This document shows, in pieces, positions 1-13,330 of a DNA stretch of 64,000 nt (the first letter of the stretch is position 1; every line of letters starts with the position of its first letter). Where the stretch lies: positions 67,146,001 through 67,210,000 of the forward strand of contig NC_135819.1 in assembly GCF_964213995.1 (NCBI RefSeq), written 5' to 3'. Both the position numbers and the translations under genes were made by a program. The notes beneath the pieces are model-generated. The model was not told where the DNA came from. It saw only the letters and a program-made list of their open reading frames with translations, and ran no database searches. Source of the stretch: Mustelus asterias. Lineage: Eukaryota.

Positions 1-424
1 ATCTCGCTGTTTTTAAACTCCAGCCCTCTGGCAATGAAGGACAAAATTCCATTTGCCTTCTTAATTACCTGCTGCACCTGCAAACCAATTCCTTCTGATT
101 ACTGCACAAGGACACCCAGGTCTCTCTGCACAGCAGCATGCTGCAATTTTTTACCATTTAAATAATAGTCCATTTTGCTGTTATTCCTACCAAAATGGAT
201 GACCTCACATTTACCAACATTGTACTCCATCTGCCAGACCCTCGCCAATCACTTAGATTATCTATATCCCTTTCAGCGTCCTCTGCACACTTTGCTCTTC
301 CATCCATCTTAGTGGCATCTGCAAATTTTGACACACTACACTTGGTCCCCAACTCCAAATCATCTATGTAAATCGTAAACAATTGCGGCCCCAACACTGA
401 TCCCTGAGGCACACCACTGGTCAC
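1..424 (-). mobile_element. CR1-type LINE fragment (RT region, degenerate)
   Basis: ORF 158..424 has TSGVPQGSVLGPQLFTIYIDDL...SKFADATK, the CR1 RT motifs; truncated by the window edge. Confidence 0.85.
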
Positions 425-1649
425 ATCCCATTGGTTTTAAAACAGTAAGCAAAATCCATCAATAGTTACCACATCAGGCACCTATATCTTTTGAGTTGCT
501 TCCAATTTAGAATAGAGACAACAGACTTCTCAATAGCGATTATTTCCAGATACAGCTTGTTGGGAGTAGACACAGCTTGCTGCTGTGGTCTCAGAACCTT
601 GCACAAGGTGAACTTTCTTCTGATGTACTGCTTTCATTTTGATCTTCCCTAATTTAAACTAATTTCTCAGAAGTCCCTCTTAATTACCATTATTACATGG
701 GCTCAATTTTTAGAATGTAAGTGTGAAGTTTACCCCCATCTATTCTTTTGAGTATACCATCTCTAGATTTAACTTTACAGTATATCATGTTTCCCATTGT
801 TAACAACTTGCCTTGGGTAAACATTTGTTCAGTGTTGCTTGGCTAATCAGCATATCAAAGCCCTAGTTCTATCCACCCAGCCAATCTGTTCTTTTTCCAA
901 TTTCCATTTAAAAATAGTTTGTCTCCTTTAAACATACAACCACCATAGCAAACTCCCAATTATTGGATTTCTTATTTTTCCCATTTTACTACGATGTCCT
1001 AACACTATCAGCACTGAAATCTAGATAATCAAATCCTATTGCTTTAAAAAGAATTCTCCTCCCACTACTGGCTTTTTGATATTTATCTTAAATTGGTGTT
1101 TTCTATTTACTCTCAAACATCTCCTGAACCCCCTTCCCAACCAGTGGAAGTATTTTCTCACGATTTACTCTACACCCCTGTTAAATCTCTAACTCCTCTG
1201 CTCCAAGGGGAGCAATTCCAACTTCTCCAGTTGTCCACAGAAATGAAGTTCTTCTTCCCTGCTACCATTCTAGTAAACCTCCTCTACATCTTGACATCTT
1301 TCCTGTTTGGTACCTAGAAATGAACACCGTTCTCCAGCTGGAACCTAACCAGTGGATTATAAGGGTTTACCGTGGGTCAAGTAGTGGAGTTATGGTTGGA
1401 AATGTATTGATGGGGAGGAGGGAAGATAGCATTCAAATAAATGATTTTATAACATGTGTGTAGAGGCACCGTACATCATTCACTCATAATCCTTAATAGT
1501 ATGAAAGGAATAATATGCAGTTGTACTAATAGACTTTTTGGCACAGGTCATTCTGTTCAACCACTCCCTGCAGTTGGCTACGCTGCTTTATCAGCAAGCA
1601 CCTTCTATTCCTTATCCCCACAAGTGAAAATCCAGCTTTGCCTTTTCTT

Positions 1650-2000
1650 TATTCATTCATGGGACATGGGCGTTGCTGGCTGGCCAGTATTTATTGTCCA
1701 TCCCTAGTTGCCCTTGAATTGAGTGGTTTGCTAGGCCATTTCAGAGGTCAGTTGAGAGTCAACCACATTGCTTTGCATCTGGAGTCACATGTAGGCCAGA
1801 CCAGGTGAGGACAGCAGATTTCCTTCCCCAAAGGACATTAATGAACCAAATAGGTTTTTACAACAATCAACAATGGTTTCATTGTCACAATTAGACTTTT
1901 AATTCCAGATTTTTTAAATTGAATTCAAATTTCACCATATGGCGTGGTGGGAATTGAACCCAGGTCCCTAGATTCCTAATCCAGTGACAATACCACCAGG
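1650..2000 (-). mobile_element. SINE sharing its 3' tail with the LINE remnants at 12720-13330 and 15880-16200
   Basis: The tail TTTATTGTCCATCCCTAGTTGCCCTTGA recurs in those LINE remnants; tRNA B-box-like end near 1950-1970; related copies at ~19125-19410 (-) and ~19703-19947 (+). Confidence 0.55.
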
Positions 2001-2749
2001 CCCCTGGAGGTCAGACCAGTTATTCTGGGGGAGTCTCTGTTCCTCTTTAGAAACCCACGTCAGTCACATTGTGTCAGCCTCTCTCTGCTGTGATGACATG
2101 AGCAGTCAGTGCTGCCCACAATGCACTATTCTTATTCATGACATCACAGCAACTGATGCATTAGGTGATAAATCTACCTCCAAGGCCCTCCTAACCACCA
2201 ATTCTGAAGCCAAAATCCAGGTCAAGTGGTTGGCTGGTAAGTGTACAGATATAAAGGTATTTAGAACATAGAACAGTACAGCACAGAACAGGCCCTTCGG
2301 CCCACGATGTTGTGCCGAGCTTTATTTATAGCATTGAATTACCTGATATTTATTGGGTAATTCAGTAGGATAAACAAATGGAAATTGATGAAGTTAAAAA
2401 TGCACATGCAAATTGGTAAATACTGGGGAAGGATGTATGGGAGCGGTGAGAAAGAAATCTTGATTTGTTTACAATCTTTGGCCAGTTTGTTGTGTGAAGC
2501 AGGAAATCCTTAGAAACACAAACATTTTGGGATTGAGAGATGTCCAGCAATGTTAACAGCACTGGACCTGATAAAGTTTACTTCATGGAAGGAAATCATT
2601 TGGCCCATTGTGTTTGTACTAAAACAATGCAATACTGCTTTCATCTCATTGCTGTTTTTCTCCACCTGTTCCAAATATTTAATTTCCCCTTAACAGAAGC
2701 AGTGATCTCTGCTGCAACCTTTCCACATGGAATAGCATTTCTCTATGTT

Positions 2750-3073
2750 GGGTGGCACAGTGGTTAGCAGTGCTGCCTCGCACTGTTAGGGACCCAGATT
2801 CAATTCCAGCATTGGGTGATTGTCTGTGTAGAGTTTGCATGTTCTCCCCGTGCCTGCTTGGGCTTCCTCCGGGTGCTCTAGTTTCCTGCCACACTCCAAA
2901 GATGTTCGTGTTAGGTGGACTGGTCTTGCTAAATTGCTCCTTAGTGTCAGGGGGATTAACAGGGTAAATACATGGGGTTACGGGGATAGGGTTTGGGTGG
3001 GATTGTTATCAGTGCAGGCTCGATAGGCCGAATAGCCTCCTTCTGCACTGTAGGGATTCTATGATCCTATGAT
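2750..3073 (+). mobile_element. HE1-type V-SINE (tRNA head, CR1-like tail)
   Basis: GGTGGCACAGTGGTTAGC A-box, B-box-like GATTCAATTCC, V-domain core, tail ending in (ATTCTATG)n. Confidence 0.85.
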
Positions 3074-4137
3074 GTGATCCTCTTGCTTTGCTACCTTAGT
3101 GACTGTTCTAACTGAAGAAAAAATCTTTACCTATTTACAATCAAAACTTCTCCATTTTAAGAAATGTAATAAAATCTTCTCTCCAATGGAAATTATCCCA
3201 GGATCTCGAGTCTCACCTCCTACGTAGGATCAGGAGTCAGCCATTCCATCCCTTCCTGCTTGTTTCACCATTCAGTCAGATCATAGTTGAGCTATGTTTT
3301 ACCTGCCTCAGCTCCCTGTCCCCTGATATCCTTACCTATTGATCCCAGCCTTGCATTGGTACCATGTGACTGAGGTTGGCCTCCAATGATGACCACCTTT
3401 GTAAGTGATATGGCTCCAGCCATTTTAGGGTTTTCCCCTTGAACACAAAGATTCCCAGTTTTCCTTTGTGGTCAAATGCTGTCTTTAATATTCCATTTAG
3501 TCTCGATGCTGTAGTCGATTCTTGTTGCTACATCTCAATCAAGGCATTGACGGAAGTCTGAAGTCGTGCTTCTAGCTGAACCTACTGCTTGGCAGATTAC
3601 TGGAGACTGGGTCATGTGATGGCACTGTTGATAACTCCATGCATTATTTTATTAATGAATTGGAGAAGATAGGGCAGAAATTAGCTGGTTAGATTTATTC
3701 TGTAAAACATACCAAGGTAATCTTTCATATTGTTAGGTGTCCGAGTTAACTTGACTTAACCAGGTCAACCCAATTATTCTGAGAGGGAAAAATCTTACTG
3801 CCCAAAAGGTGGAAAAGAACATCATCAATACATTTATCCGTCTTCACATTTCTACTTTCAACCTTCGGCTGGCAATTTTCCACACATCCCTCTTTGGTCC
3901 ACAGAATAGATTTCAATCTTGCTCATGGCGTATTTGAATGTATTGACCTATATTTACCCCTAAAACCACCAAATCTATTTTTTCCTTCACACATTTGTAT
4001 ACATTTCAATGCTTGACCCTGATCTTTTGTGCCACCAAACAATTGCCCTTTGTGTTGACAATTGTCTGACTTTTCTACCTTGTGGCCAAGCTATTCCAAT
4101 GCTGACACTTGCACCTTACACCCATCTCACAGTATAA

Positions 4138-4875
4138 AGATGCCGGTGTTGGATTGGGGTGGGCAAGATGAGAGGTCACACGACACCAACAGGTTCATTT
4201 GAAATCACAAGCTTTCGGAGTGCTGCTCCTTTGACAGGTGAAGTGGAGAGAAGCGCGTATGCACAGAATATGTGAGCGGAGTGACAATAGCCCGATACTC
4301 TCAGGTAATCAAGCATGTCAACGGATAAGTGCAGTGTAGGCCAGCTAAATAACAATTACAGATAAGCACGAGTGCGAATAGATAAGTGCAAGCAGTTAAG
4401 TATAATCAGTATATGTAAAGTGTCGACAGGCTGTATAACAAGTGAAGGGATGACCTAAGAACCGATAATTTAAGGCAGAGAGATAATTACAAATAATCAA
4501 AGATGGTGCTAAACACAATGCAAACTAATTCAGGCAGAGCGATTGTCACATGGAATAAAGGTGTGTATGGTGTCAAAACAAGAACATTAGGAAGATTTTT
4601 ACCCCACAGAACAGTATGATGGGGTCACATATAGTGCAACATGAACCTGAGATCCCAGTTAAGGCCATCCTCATGAGTGTGGAACTTGGCTATCAGTTTC
4701 ACCTGTAAAAAAATTGTTATTCAGCCGGCCTACACTGCATTACACTGTACTTATCTGTTGACACTCTACCTGAGAGTGTCGGCCTATCATCACTCCGCCC
4801 ATATATTGAGTGCCTGCATGCCTCTCTCTGCTTCACCTGACAAAGGAGCAGTGCTCTGAAAGCTTGTCATCTCAC
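4138..4875 (-). mobile_element. Penelope-like element fragment with inverted pseudo-LTR segments
   Basis: Minus strand near 4645-4700 reads KLIAKFHTHEDGLNWDL, resembling the C-terminus of a Penelope GIY-YIG ORF; inverted segments with decayed hammerhead cores at ~4200-4243 and ~4831-4870. Confidence 0.7.
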
Positions 4876-7680
4876 GGTGACTTATGTTTTGGACTGCTGT
4901 GACTGTAGTTCCTGGAAGCCAATATGTTTGTCATTTTGCATTAGCAGCACTTTATAAATTGCATTCAGCAAATTACCTTATCTTTCTCTCCTGCTTTGCT
5001 TCTTTGACCAACCTTCAACTAATATTTCCCTGTGGCTCAGTGTCAAATGTCTGTTAACCACTCCTGTGTATTGATATATTTTACTACCTCAGGGCACTAT
5101 ATAAATGCAAGTTGTTGACAGTTTTTAAAAAAATAATGTTTTTATTGAAAGTTTTCCATGTTACATTTGACCACAAAATGCAACAAATTCCCAAAATCCA
5201 GCATAGTACAGTAATCATTATTCCACATAAGCATACTAAAAAGACCAGCAAATACTCATACAAATGATTCAATTTATCAATCATTGTAGTCGCTGTCTCC
5301 CCTTGTACAGAAAAAGAAAGGATACCAGAAAGAAGGGGGGGTATCTCAGGGTAACAGGGTAAAGCCATGAGACATGGCCCTACATCCTCCTCCATAACAT
5401 AACCGGGACAGAGCTACACAATATACAGGATCCCTTATGGAGTAATATACAACCAACTGGGACCAAACTCAACTTCCCCGGACTTCCGGGCAATGAAAGG
5501 ATAAACCAGAAAAGGGGAAACATCAGGATACTGCCATCGGTACAAGATGTGACGTGGCAGTGTATGCTTTCACATTTAGTAACCAGTAAGCCAAGGATTC
5601 ATGCACCTAGGCTCATTACACTACAAGCCTCCCTCCTCTCCAACCATATCCGAGGCACCGATCTGGCTCCCCATCACCAGAAAACATAAACCATTTTCCA
5701 CAAAGGAAACCTTACCATCAAAGAGAAGAAGAAACAGCAAGACACTCATCCACACGGTATCTCAGGGAGAGATAGAATCCTCCTCCTCCTGACAAGATAA
5801 GGGAAACACTCTAAGATTAACAATAACAAATCAGAGTATATCAACACCTCACCTACCTGGATAAAGAAAGGAAACCCCAAAGAGAGAGGAGCACCAGGAT
5901 TATCCAATAGACACCAGATGTGATCTTCGCAGGATGGATGCTAGGAACAGAACAAGAAACAGGAGACTGCCCGCCCCCCTTCCCCACAGGGGAGCCCAAC
6001 TCTCAAGAAGACTGACAGACTGGAAGTCTCCATATAAGACCACTTGGAAGAGGAAGCTTTCTCCTTCAAACAGTGTAATCTCCGACTGAAGAAAGATTCT
6101 GACAATGCTGAACCAAGGCACCCAGACTCTCAGTCAGGCCCTGCAGCCAACAGGGTGCTACATCCCCAAGAGAACCAGGTCTCAAGAAAGAGAGCAATCC
6201 AGAAGCCTCCAAAAGGGGATGTCTCGGGGGAGGGCAATCTATTCCCTTGTTCAACATACCATCCACGTGACGCAGGTACACACAGCCACTATTACTCTAA
6301 TCAAGGGCCAACAAGCCAAGAATACTCATCACTCTTATACATTGAACAAAGCAAACTACCCTGGTCTCTACACACCCCAGAGGAACCATTTAGGCCTCGC
6401 CATCATCATGATTTGACCTATTTCCCCTCATCAGAGGAATTCTAACAACAGGATAAATGCCCACATTCACGAGCCAAGTAATCAAGTAAGCACTCACTAC
6501 CTGTTCAGCCAAATCAAAGTAGAAGTCCAACCTAACAAGGGTAGATATCCAAGGATTAGTCAACTATCCCTGAGCAATCATATATATATATAATTCCTCC
6601 ACTCCTATGACACCAGAGATGCCAACGACAAAAAAAGCACCCAGTCTTTTCCAGGATACATGATCTGTCTGTACCTTCATAGAAACAAGCACGCATTCCT
6701 TAATCCCAAAATAACAAAAATAAAAAAGTAGACTATGACTCTAATAATTTTAACGAGGGAATTTCCACAGCCACAACAATGACTTATAAGGCCATACCAA
6801 CCATGTTTACACCAACCCACCTACCCACCACCCTGCTGTGACACTACTCATCGAAACAATAAAGTGAAGTGAACTAAAAATTGTATTCTCTCGGTGTAAA
6901 TGCAAGGACTACAGCACAGCACAAAGCAGGTAAATACCACGCAACTTTCATGTTGTACAACTAATTCAGCAAGCTCCTCAATAGAAAGAAGGAGATCCAC
7001 AAACAATCCCTAAACTAGCAAATATCTCCAGATTGCAAATACTGAAACCCAAGATTTAGTATTTGACAAAGGGCTAGAAGCAGTGGGGGGCAGATCCTCC
7101 CACCCACCCCATTCCCCTGGTACCAGCCATCTAAACCAAGACTGAATGCACAGTATACTATGGCTTCCCTCGTTCCACCATTAGAGCTCACCGGTGGACA
7201 AATACCATCAAAAAGAAAATATTAACAATCCTGATTATTGCAGTTTAACAGGTCGACAGGCAACAAACACCCCTGTGCTCATATATCATACACCCTCGTC
7301 AGGATAAAAGACAATATCACAATCAGGAGTATAATCACAAAGGAACAAAGTTCAGGATTAATGATAAACTGCAGGATAATATAACCATCATTGGAACTTG
7401 AAAGGGCCAAAGACATGACAAGATCATCAAGCAATGTCCAGGATCCATCCAGAGTTTCACCTCAGCCATGTCGTCATCCCGAAGCTCCCTCTCAGAGTGC
7501 AGATTACACACATCAGGATCGAATAATTATGAGTTTTGCATCAGAATAAAAAACAAATTAAAAGATGAGTGGTGACCGAGCTCCTCGAAATGCAGCCGTT
7601 CCTGTGCTTGCATCAAGTAACCCTGTAAGAAGTCTCACAACACCAGGTTAAAGTCCAACAGGTTTATTTGGGAGCAAAAG

Positions 7681-7721
7681 CCACTAGCTTTCGGAGCGCT
7701 GCTCCTTCGTCAGGTAAGTGG
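7681..7721 (-). ncRNA. Minimal type I hammerhead ribozyme motif
   Basis: Minus strand ttac-CTGACGA-a-GGAGC-agc-GCTCC-GAAA-gcta-gtgg: intact CUGANGA/GAAA core, perfect stem II, palindromic AGCT stem III. Confidence 0.7.
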
Positions 7722-7840
7722 GAGTTCTGTTCACAAACAGGGCATATAAAGACACAAACAAAGACACAGACACAAACAAAATGAGTTTGTGTCTGTGTCT
7801 TTGTTTGTGTCTTTATATGCCCTGTTTGTGAACAGAACTC

Positions 7841-7881
7841 CCACTTACCTGACGAAGGAGCAGCACTCCGAAAGCTAGTGG
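7841..7881 (+). ncRNA. Minimal type I hammerhead ribozyme motif
   Basis: CTGACGA 7849-7855, stem II GGAG/CTCC, GAAA 7870-7873, then gcta|gtgg. Confidence 0.65.
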
Positions 7882-8361
7882 CTTTTGCTACCAAATAAAC
7901 CTGTTGGACTTTAACCTGGTGTTGTGAGACTTCTTACTGTGTTTACCCCAGTCCAACGCCGGCATCTCCACATCAAGTAACCCCGCCATTGACAATTGTT
8001 AGAAGGGGCTTTCTTTGGTGTCTATTGATTGAAGACTTATGACTAGGACATGAGGATGCTACCCCTCTTCTTCAAAGAGTACCCCTGTTCTTGATAGAGC
8101 AGTTTGACTGCTCCTGGGTTCTAGTACAGGATGCTGTATTTCTAAAAGTCTAAGCAGATGTTGAACCGAAATTTCATCCTTCTTGGAGATTTTAGCAAGT
8201 GGCCATTGACCTTTGATTTTGCTGAGTGACCCCTATCAATAACTGAGTCGCCGAATGCTCTGACCGTGGACTAGTTGCATGCTGCTAATTGTCCTTTATG
8301 AATCCCTACGTAGCAAGCAAATTACCATCAAAGCAAGTTTGGTAAAGGGTGAGTAGGTTCA

Positions 8362-8683
8362 CCATCAACCAGCATAATTAAGGACCCCATGCACCCCGGA
8401 CATGCTCTCTTCCACCTTCTTCCATCAGGTAAAAGATACAAAACTCTGAGGACACATACCAACCGACTCAAGAACAGCTTCTTCCCTGCTGCCATCACAC
8501 TTTTGAATGGACCTACCATTAAGTTGATCTTTCCCTACACCCTAGCTATGACTGTAACACTACATTCTGCACCCGCTCCTTTCCTTCTCTATGAACGGTA
8601 TGCTTTATCTGTATAATGTGCAAGAAACAATACTTTTCACTGTATACTAATATATGTGACAATAAATCAAACCAAATCAAATC
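8362..8683 (+). mobile_element. Rex1/Babar-type LINE 3' end
   Basis: HPGHALFHLLPSGKRY...RTHTNRLKNSFFPAAITLLN is a typical Rex1 ORF C-terminus; tail GTGACAATAAA followed by degenerate (TCAAA)n. Confidence 0.8.
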
Positions 8684-9079
8684 ATCCACACCTTTCCACC
8701 ACTGTGCGTGTTGAGAATGAATGAAATGGGCTGTAATGGTACAAGATTACAAGCCAATTTGGTATAAATATCATCCGAGTTTGCAGATTATATTACAGCC
8801 TCTTTCATTCTCTAATACTAATTTTTCTTCTGAATATGGCTGGCACGATGTAATCAAATTATACAAATAACCATTCATAATAGGAATCGCTGCAGGGTAC
8901 TCCTCCATTGAGTATTCATTCATTGAGTAACTGCAGAATATTCACTTTGAAGTGATTTGCTATTGAAGGAGTAATATTTCAATGAAGTGATGGAAGGTGT
9001 TGTTCGCAGTGCTATCACACAAAATTTGCCCGGTTTGGATTCCATCAACATCAAATTAAGCAAGATGTACTTACATACT

Positions 9080-11110
9080 CAAAATTTGTGTAACGTTCGA
9101 GCTTTGTCTTCTAAGTGGTACGTCATATTGTTACCACACAAATGCCAGGTGATGACTCTCTGCAAGTGGTGAAAGTCCAACCATCTCCCCATGACATTCA
9201 ATGGCATTGCCATCACAAATCCTCTGACCAGTAACGTCCTGAGGGGTTATCATCAACCAGAAAGTCAACTGGACCGGCCACATAAATACTGTGGTGCTGA
9301 GCAGATCAGAGGCTGGATATTCAACAGCAGCCAGCTCACCTCCTGCCCATCATTGTGAAAGCAGTATGATGGGATACTCTGTACTTTCCTGGGTGAATGC
9401 AGCTTCAACAATATTCAAAGCTCAATCATCCCAGGGGAAAGCAACCCACTGCTTCAGCACTCCATCCACCACCTTAAACATTCATTCCTTCCATCATCAG
9501 CACAACACGTGCAAGATATGCTGCAGCAACTCACCAAGGTTCCTTTTGCAACACCTTCCAAACTCACAACCTATACCACCGAGAAAGACAAAGGGAAAAC
9601 CGCCACCGACATATTCTCCTCTAAGTCACATACCATTCTGATGTAGAAATACATCAGCCAGCCTTTCACTGTTGATGGGTCAATATCCTGGAACTCCCCA
9701 ACACTGTGTGAGAACCACATGAACTGCAGTGGTTCAAAGATAGCAGGTCATCACCTTCTCTACTATAACTGGATGAGTAATAAATGCTGGCTTTTCCTTG
9801 ACTTAATAAAGAAATTACTGCAGAGTAATGCTCCATTAATTTTTAATTAAGTAATGGGGTGTGAGTGTTGCTTCCTTCCTTCCTTCCTTAATTGCCCTTG
9901 TGAAGGTGATGGCAAGTTGGTACATGTGGTGTAGGTGCACCCGCAGTGCTGGTGGGAAGGAGTTCCAGGTTTTTGACCTGGTAACAGTGAAGGAACGGTG
10001 ACCTAGTTCCAAATCGCGGCACGGTAGTGCAGTGGTTAGCACTGCTGCTTCACAGCTCCAGGGACCTGGGTTCGATTCCCGGCTTGGGTCACTATCTGTG
10101 TGGAGTTTGCATGTTCTCCCTGTGTCTGCGTGGGTTTGCTCCGGTTTCCTCCCACAGTCCAAAGATGTGCTGGTTAGGTTGATTGGCCATGCTAAAAAAA
10201 TTGCCCCTTGGTGTCCTGAGATGTGCAGGTTCGAGGGATTAGTGGGTAAATATGTAGGGATATGGGTGTAGGGCCTGGGTGGGATTGTGGTCGGTGCAGA
10301 CTCGATGGGCCGAATGGCCTCTTTCTGTACTGTAGGGTTTCTATGATTCTATGGAGTCAAACTAATGTGTGGTCTCGAAAGAAAACTGATGATGTTCCCA
10401 TGTGACTGCTACCCTTGTCCTTATAGCTGGGAGAGATTCTGGTTTGGAATGTGCTGTTAAGGGAGAATTGACGTATTGCAGCAGTGTGTCTTGTAGACGT
10501 TACACTCTGCTTCCCCTGTAGTGGATAGAGGGACGTTTGGAGTGGTGGACGGGATGCCGATCAAGCAGGTTGCTTCTTGCACTCAAACTTCTTGAGTGTT
10601 GTTGGAGCTGCGCTCATCCAGGCAACGTTCCACCACACTTTTGACTTGTGCCTTGTAAATGCAGGTCAGACTCTGGCGAGTCAGAAGGCAAGTTACTTAC
10701 TTAGCACACCATTCTAAGTCTCTGAGCTGCTTTTGTCAGCACCGCAAATATCTGGCTTGCCCAGATCAGTTTCTAGACAGTGCTAACCCCTCAGGATGTT
10801 GACAGTGGTGAAATTCAGCAGCTGAACATCACGGGGAGATGGTTAATCACACGTTTTGGAGATGATCATTGTTGTTTGCCACTTGCCAGCCCAAGCCTGA
10901 TTATTGTCCAGATCTTGCTACATGCAAGGACTGCCCCCCTTATCTGAGGAGTTGCAGATGCTACTGAACTGGGTGCAATAATCACCAATCATCCCCATTC
11001 CGTCCTTATGCTGGAGGTGGTTGGTCTGAAGATGGTCGGACCTGGGACACTCTTCTGAGGAATTGCTGCAGTGATACCCTGGGACTGAGATGATTGACCT
11101 CCAACCATCG
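9080..11110. mobile_element. Cluster of old LINE remnants (same family as 12720-13330) in both orientations
   Basis: Degenerate matches to the MEYSPLA..AAPTTLKKLDTIQD-coding segment and the shared tail; interrupted by the SINE at 10016. Confidence 0.5.
10016..10353 (+). mobile_element. HE1-type V-SINE
   Basis: A/B boxes, V-domain, CTATGATTCTATG tail; near-identical to 23055-23402. Confidence 0.85.
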
Positions 11111-12719
11111 CGACCCTTCGGACTAGGCATTCAGAGTAATCGTTGCAGAATAGAACAAAACCTCGTTTTTGTGACATCCAGCAGGTTCTCTCTCACGCAT
11201 AGAATTCGAAGGCACCTTCTCCACAGAGATGCAACTGCATTCTCTGTTACCTTGCATTTTCACAGTGCTAAGGGGAGCTAAATTGTTCGACAGATGGGAA
11301 CAAAGCAAAGATTCTCGGTTTATCCTGACGCGCATTCAATTGCAGTCCCCAGCACCTCCCCAAGGTTCACATACAGAGGGTGACGGTAATATATATTCTA
11401 GTGCTTTCTGCGTCCCTTGAGGGGATAATTAGAGAAAGGAGCAGAGATTGAGGGTTCCCCAGGGAACCTCCCTGCTCTGACTCCCTAATGACAGGGACAG
11501 GATCGGGAGGAGGTATTTGGATTGGGAGGGGGATGGACACCACCAGCTGGGAGCTCCTGTATACATCTCTGTGTCTACTGAGCGCCTTGAACTGGAGCTG
11601 GGCACCTGAGTCCCAGTCTTATTGCTCACACTTCTCTACTCAATTGGCCCCATTGCCGGTGTCCTCTCTGTAGTCACAGGGCTATTGATCCCAGGGACAG
11701 TGACCCAGGGTGTTAACAATTGCCTGAACTCAGGGAATCACCAATGATCCTCGGCTGGGACATTTCCAGATTGAAGTTACTTATCTCTCCCATCAGCAGG
11801 TTGCATTTTTATAGGATTTTATGACAATCCCAGAATTGTTACGGTGCAGGAGGCCATTTGGCTCATCCTGTCTGCCCCCGGACCCTGCACCCGGAGGCAT
11901 TTACCCCTCAGATGCCCTCCTGCCAGGGCATTCAATGACTTCAGCCAATTGCCAGGCGGAATCTGTGAATGTGGCGCCTTTCTGAAAGTGTTTCTAAGGA
12001 GACGGGTTGTCAACAATTCATTTCCACTCGAGTTCTCAGGGAGAGTTTGTGACTGGCTCTGATTCAGACTCCGGACAAGGTGAGTGCTCAGTAAATCTCT
12101 GCTACAGAGAGCAGAGTTCCTTCCACATTTCCCGGCTCCAGCAGCAAACAGAACTCCAGCAAATCCGTTTCTGAGGCAGAGACAAGGTGTTTGCAAACCC
12201 CGCAGACGCTCTTCCTCAGCCGGCGCTGCCTCTTTGTTTGTCTTGGTCCCTCCTGTGACCTGAACTCCTTCTGCTACAGGTCGGAGACAGTTCGATCGGA
12301 GAGGGAACGCTGGACATATCCACCGCCACCCCGTGAGGCGCATCCAGTAAGTATTTCAGACCCAGTGATCTAGACTGTAATGGTTAGAACAAAACCCTTG
12401 CTGGTCAGTGAATAAGGCTGCCACTAATATTCCTCATGACATGGGTAAGATGTTTCCATTTAGCAGCGGCACCTTAGGGAGCAGAAATATAAAATAGCAA
12501 CAGTTAGAAATGCAATAGGGAATTCAGGAGAATCCTCTTTACCCAGACAGTGCTGAGAATGTGGGACTTCACGCAGGGGATAGTTGAGACCAATGGCCCA
12601 GATGCATTTAAGGAAAGCCAGAGTAACACATTAGGGAGAAGAGATGGGTATTGATGGAGTTAGAAGGAGGTGGAGAGGATGGTGGGAAGCATTAACATGG
12701 ATTTTATAAAATCATTTAC

Positions 12720-13330
12720 AGGATGTGGGTGTCGCTGCCTGGGCTTTGTAAATGCAGGTCAGGTAATAATAGTATTACCCTTAATTGCCCTTGAAAAGAT
12801 GGTGGTGAGCCACGTCCTTGAATCGCTGCAGTACCTGAGGTACACCCCCAGTGCTGGGGAGGGAGCTCCATGGTTTAGACCCAGTGACAGTGAAGGAATG
12901 GTTATATATTTCCAAGTCAGGATGGTGAGTGACTTGGAGGGGAACTTGCAGATGGCGGTGTTCCCAGGTATCTGCTGCTCTTGTCCTTCAAGGAACCTTG
13001 GTGAGTTCCTGCAGTGCATCTTGTAGATGGTACACACTGCTGCCACTGTGCCCTAGTAATGGAGTGAAAGAATCTTTGTGAAAGGTGTCCCAATCAAAGG
13101 GGGCCGCTCTGTCCTGGATGGTGTCGAGCTTCTTGAGTGTTGTTGGAGCTGCACCCATCCTGGCAAGTGGGGAATATTCCATCACACTCCTGACTTGTGC
13201 CTTGTAGATGGTGGACAGGCTTTGGGGAGTCAGGAGGTGAGTTAACCGCCGCAGGATTCCCAGCTTCTGACCTGCTGTCGTAGCCTCAGTATTTGTATGA
13301 CTGGTTGAAGTTGGCTTCTGATCAATGGTG
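12720..13330 (-). mobile_element. LINE 3' remnant (CR1/L2 group)
   Basis: ORF 12988..13185 MEYSPLARMGAAPTTLKKLDTIQDRAA resembles a LINE ORF2 C-terminal region. Confidence 0.65.

Larger units (their letters stand above)
7624..7970. mobile_element. Palindromic non-autonomous Penelope-derived element with 13-bp flanking direct repeat
   Basis: Arms 7625-7777 and 7785-7937 are reverse complements (2 mismatches, 7-nt loop); CATCAAGTAACCC at 7611-7623 and 7971-7983. Confidence 0.9.
5125..7985 (-). mobile_element. ~2.5-kb dispersed repeat with no recognisable protein, probably a non-autonomous retroelement; interrupted by a Penelope-derived insert
   Basis: 5135-5950 aligns by eye with 54330-55170; the minus-strand 3' end is TCAATAAA followed by an A/T-rich tail; no RT or endonuclease ORF; the right boundary is inferred. 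Confidence 0.55.

Noticed and set aside
7625-7937. Pre-miRNA or CRISPR-like repeat interpretation of the long hairpin
   Set aside because: The arms match the Penelope-type repeat found four times in the window; there is no repeat-spacer array and the context is eukaryotic.
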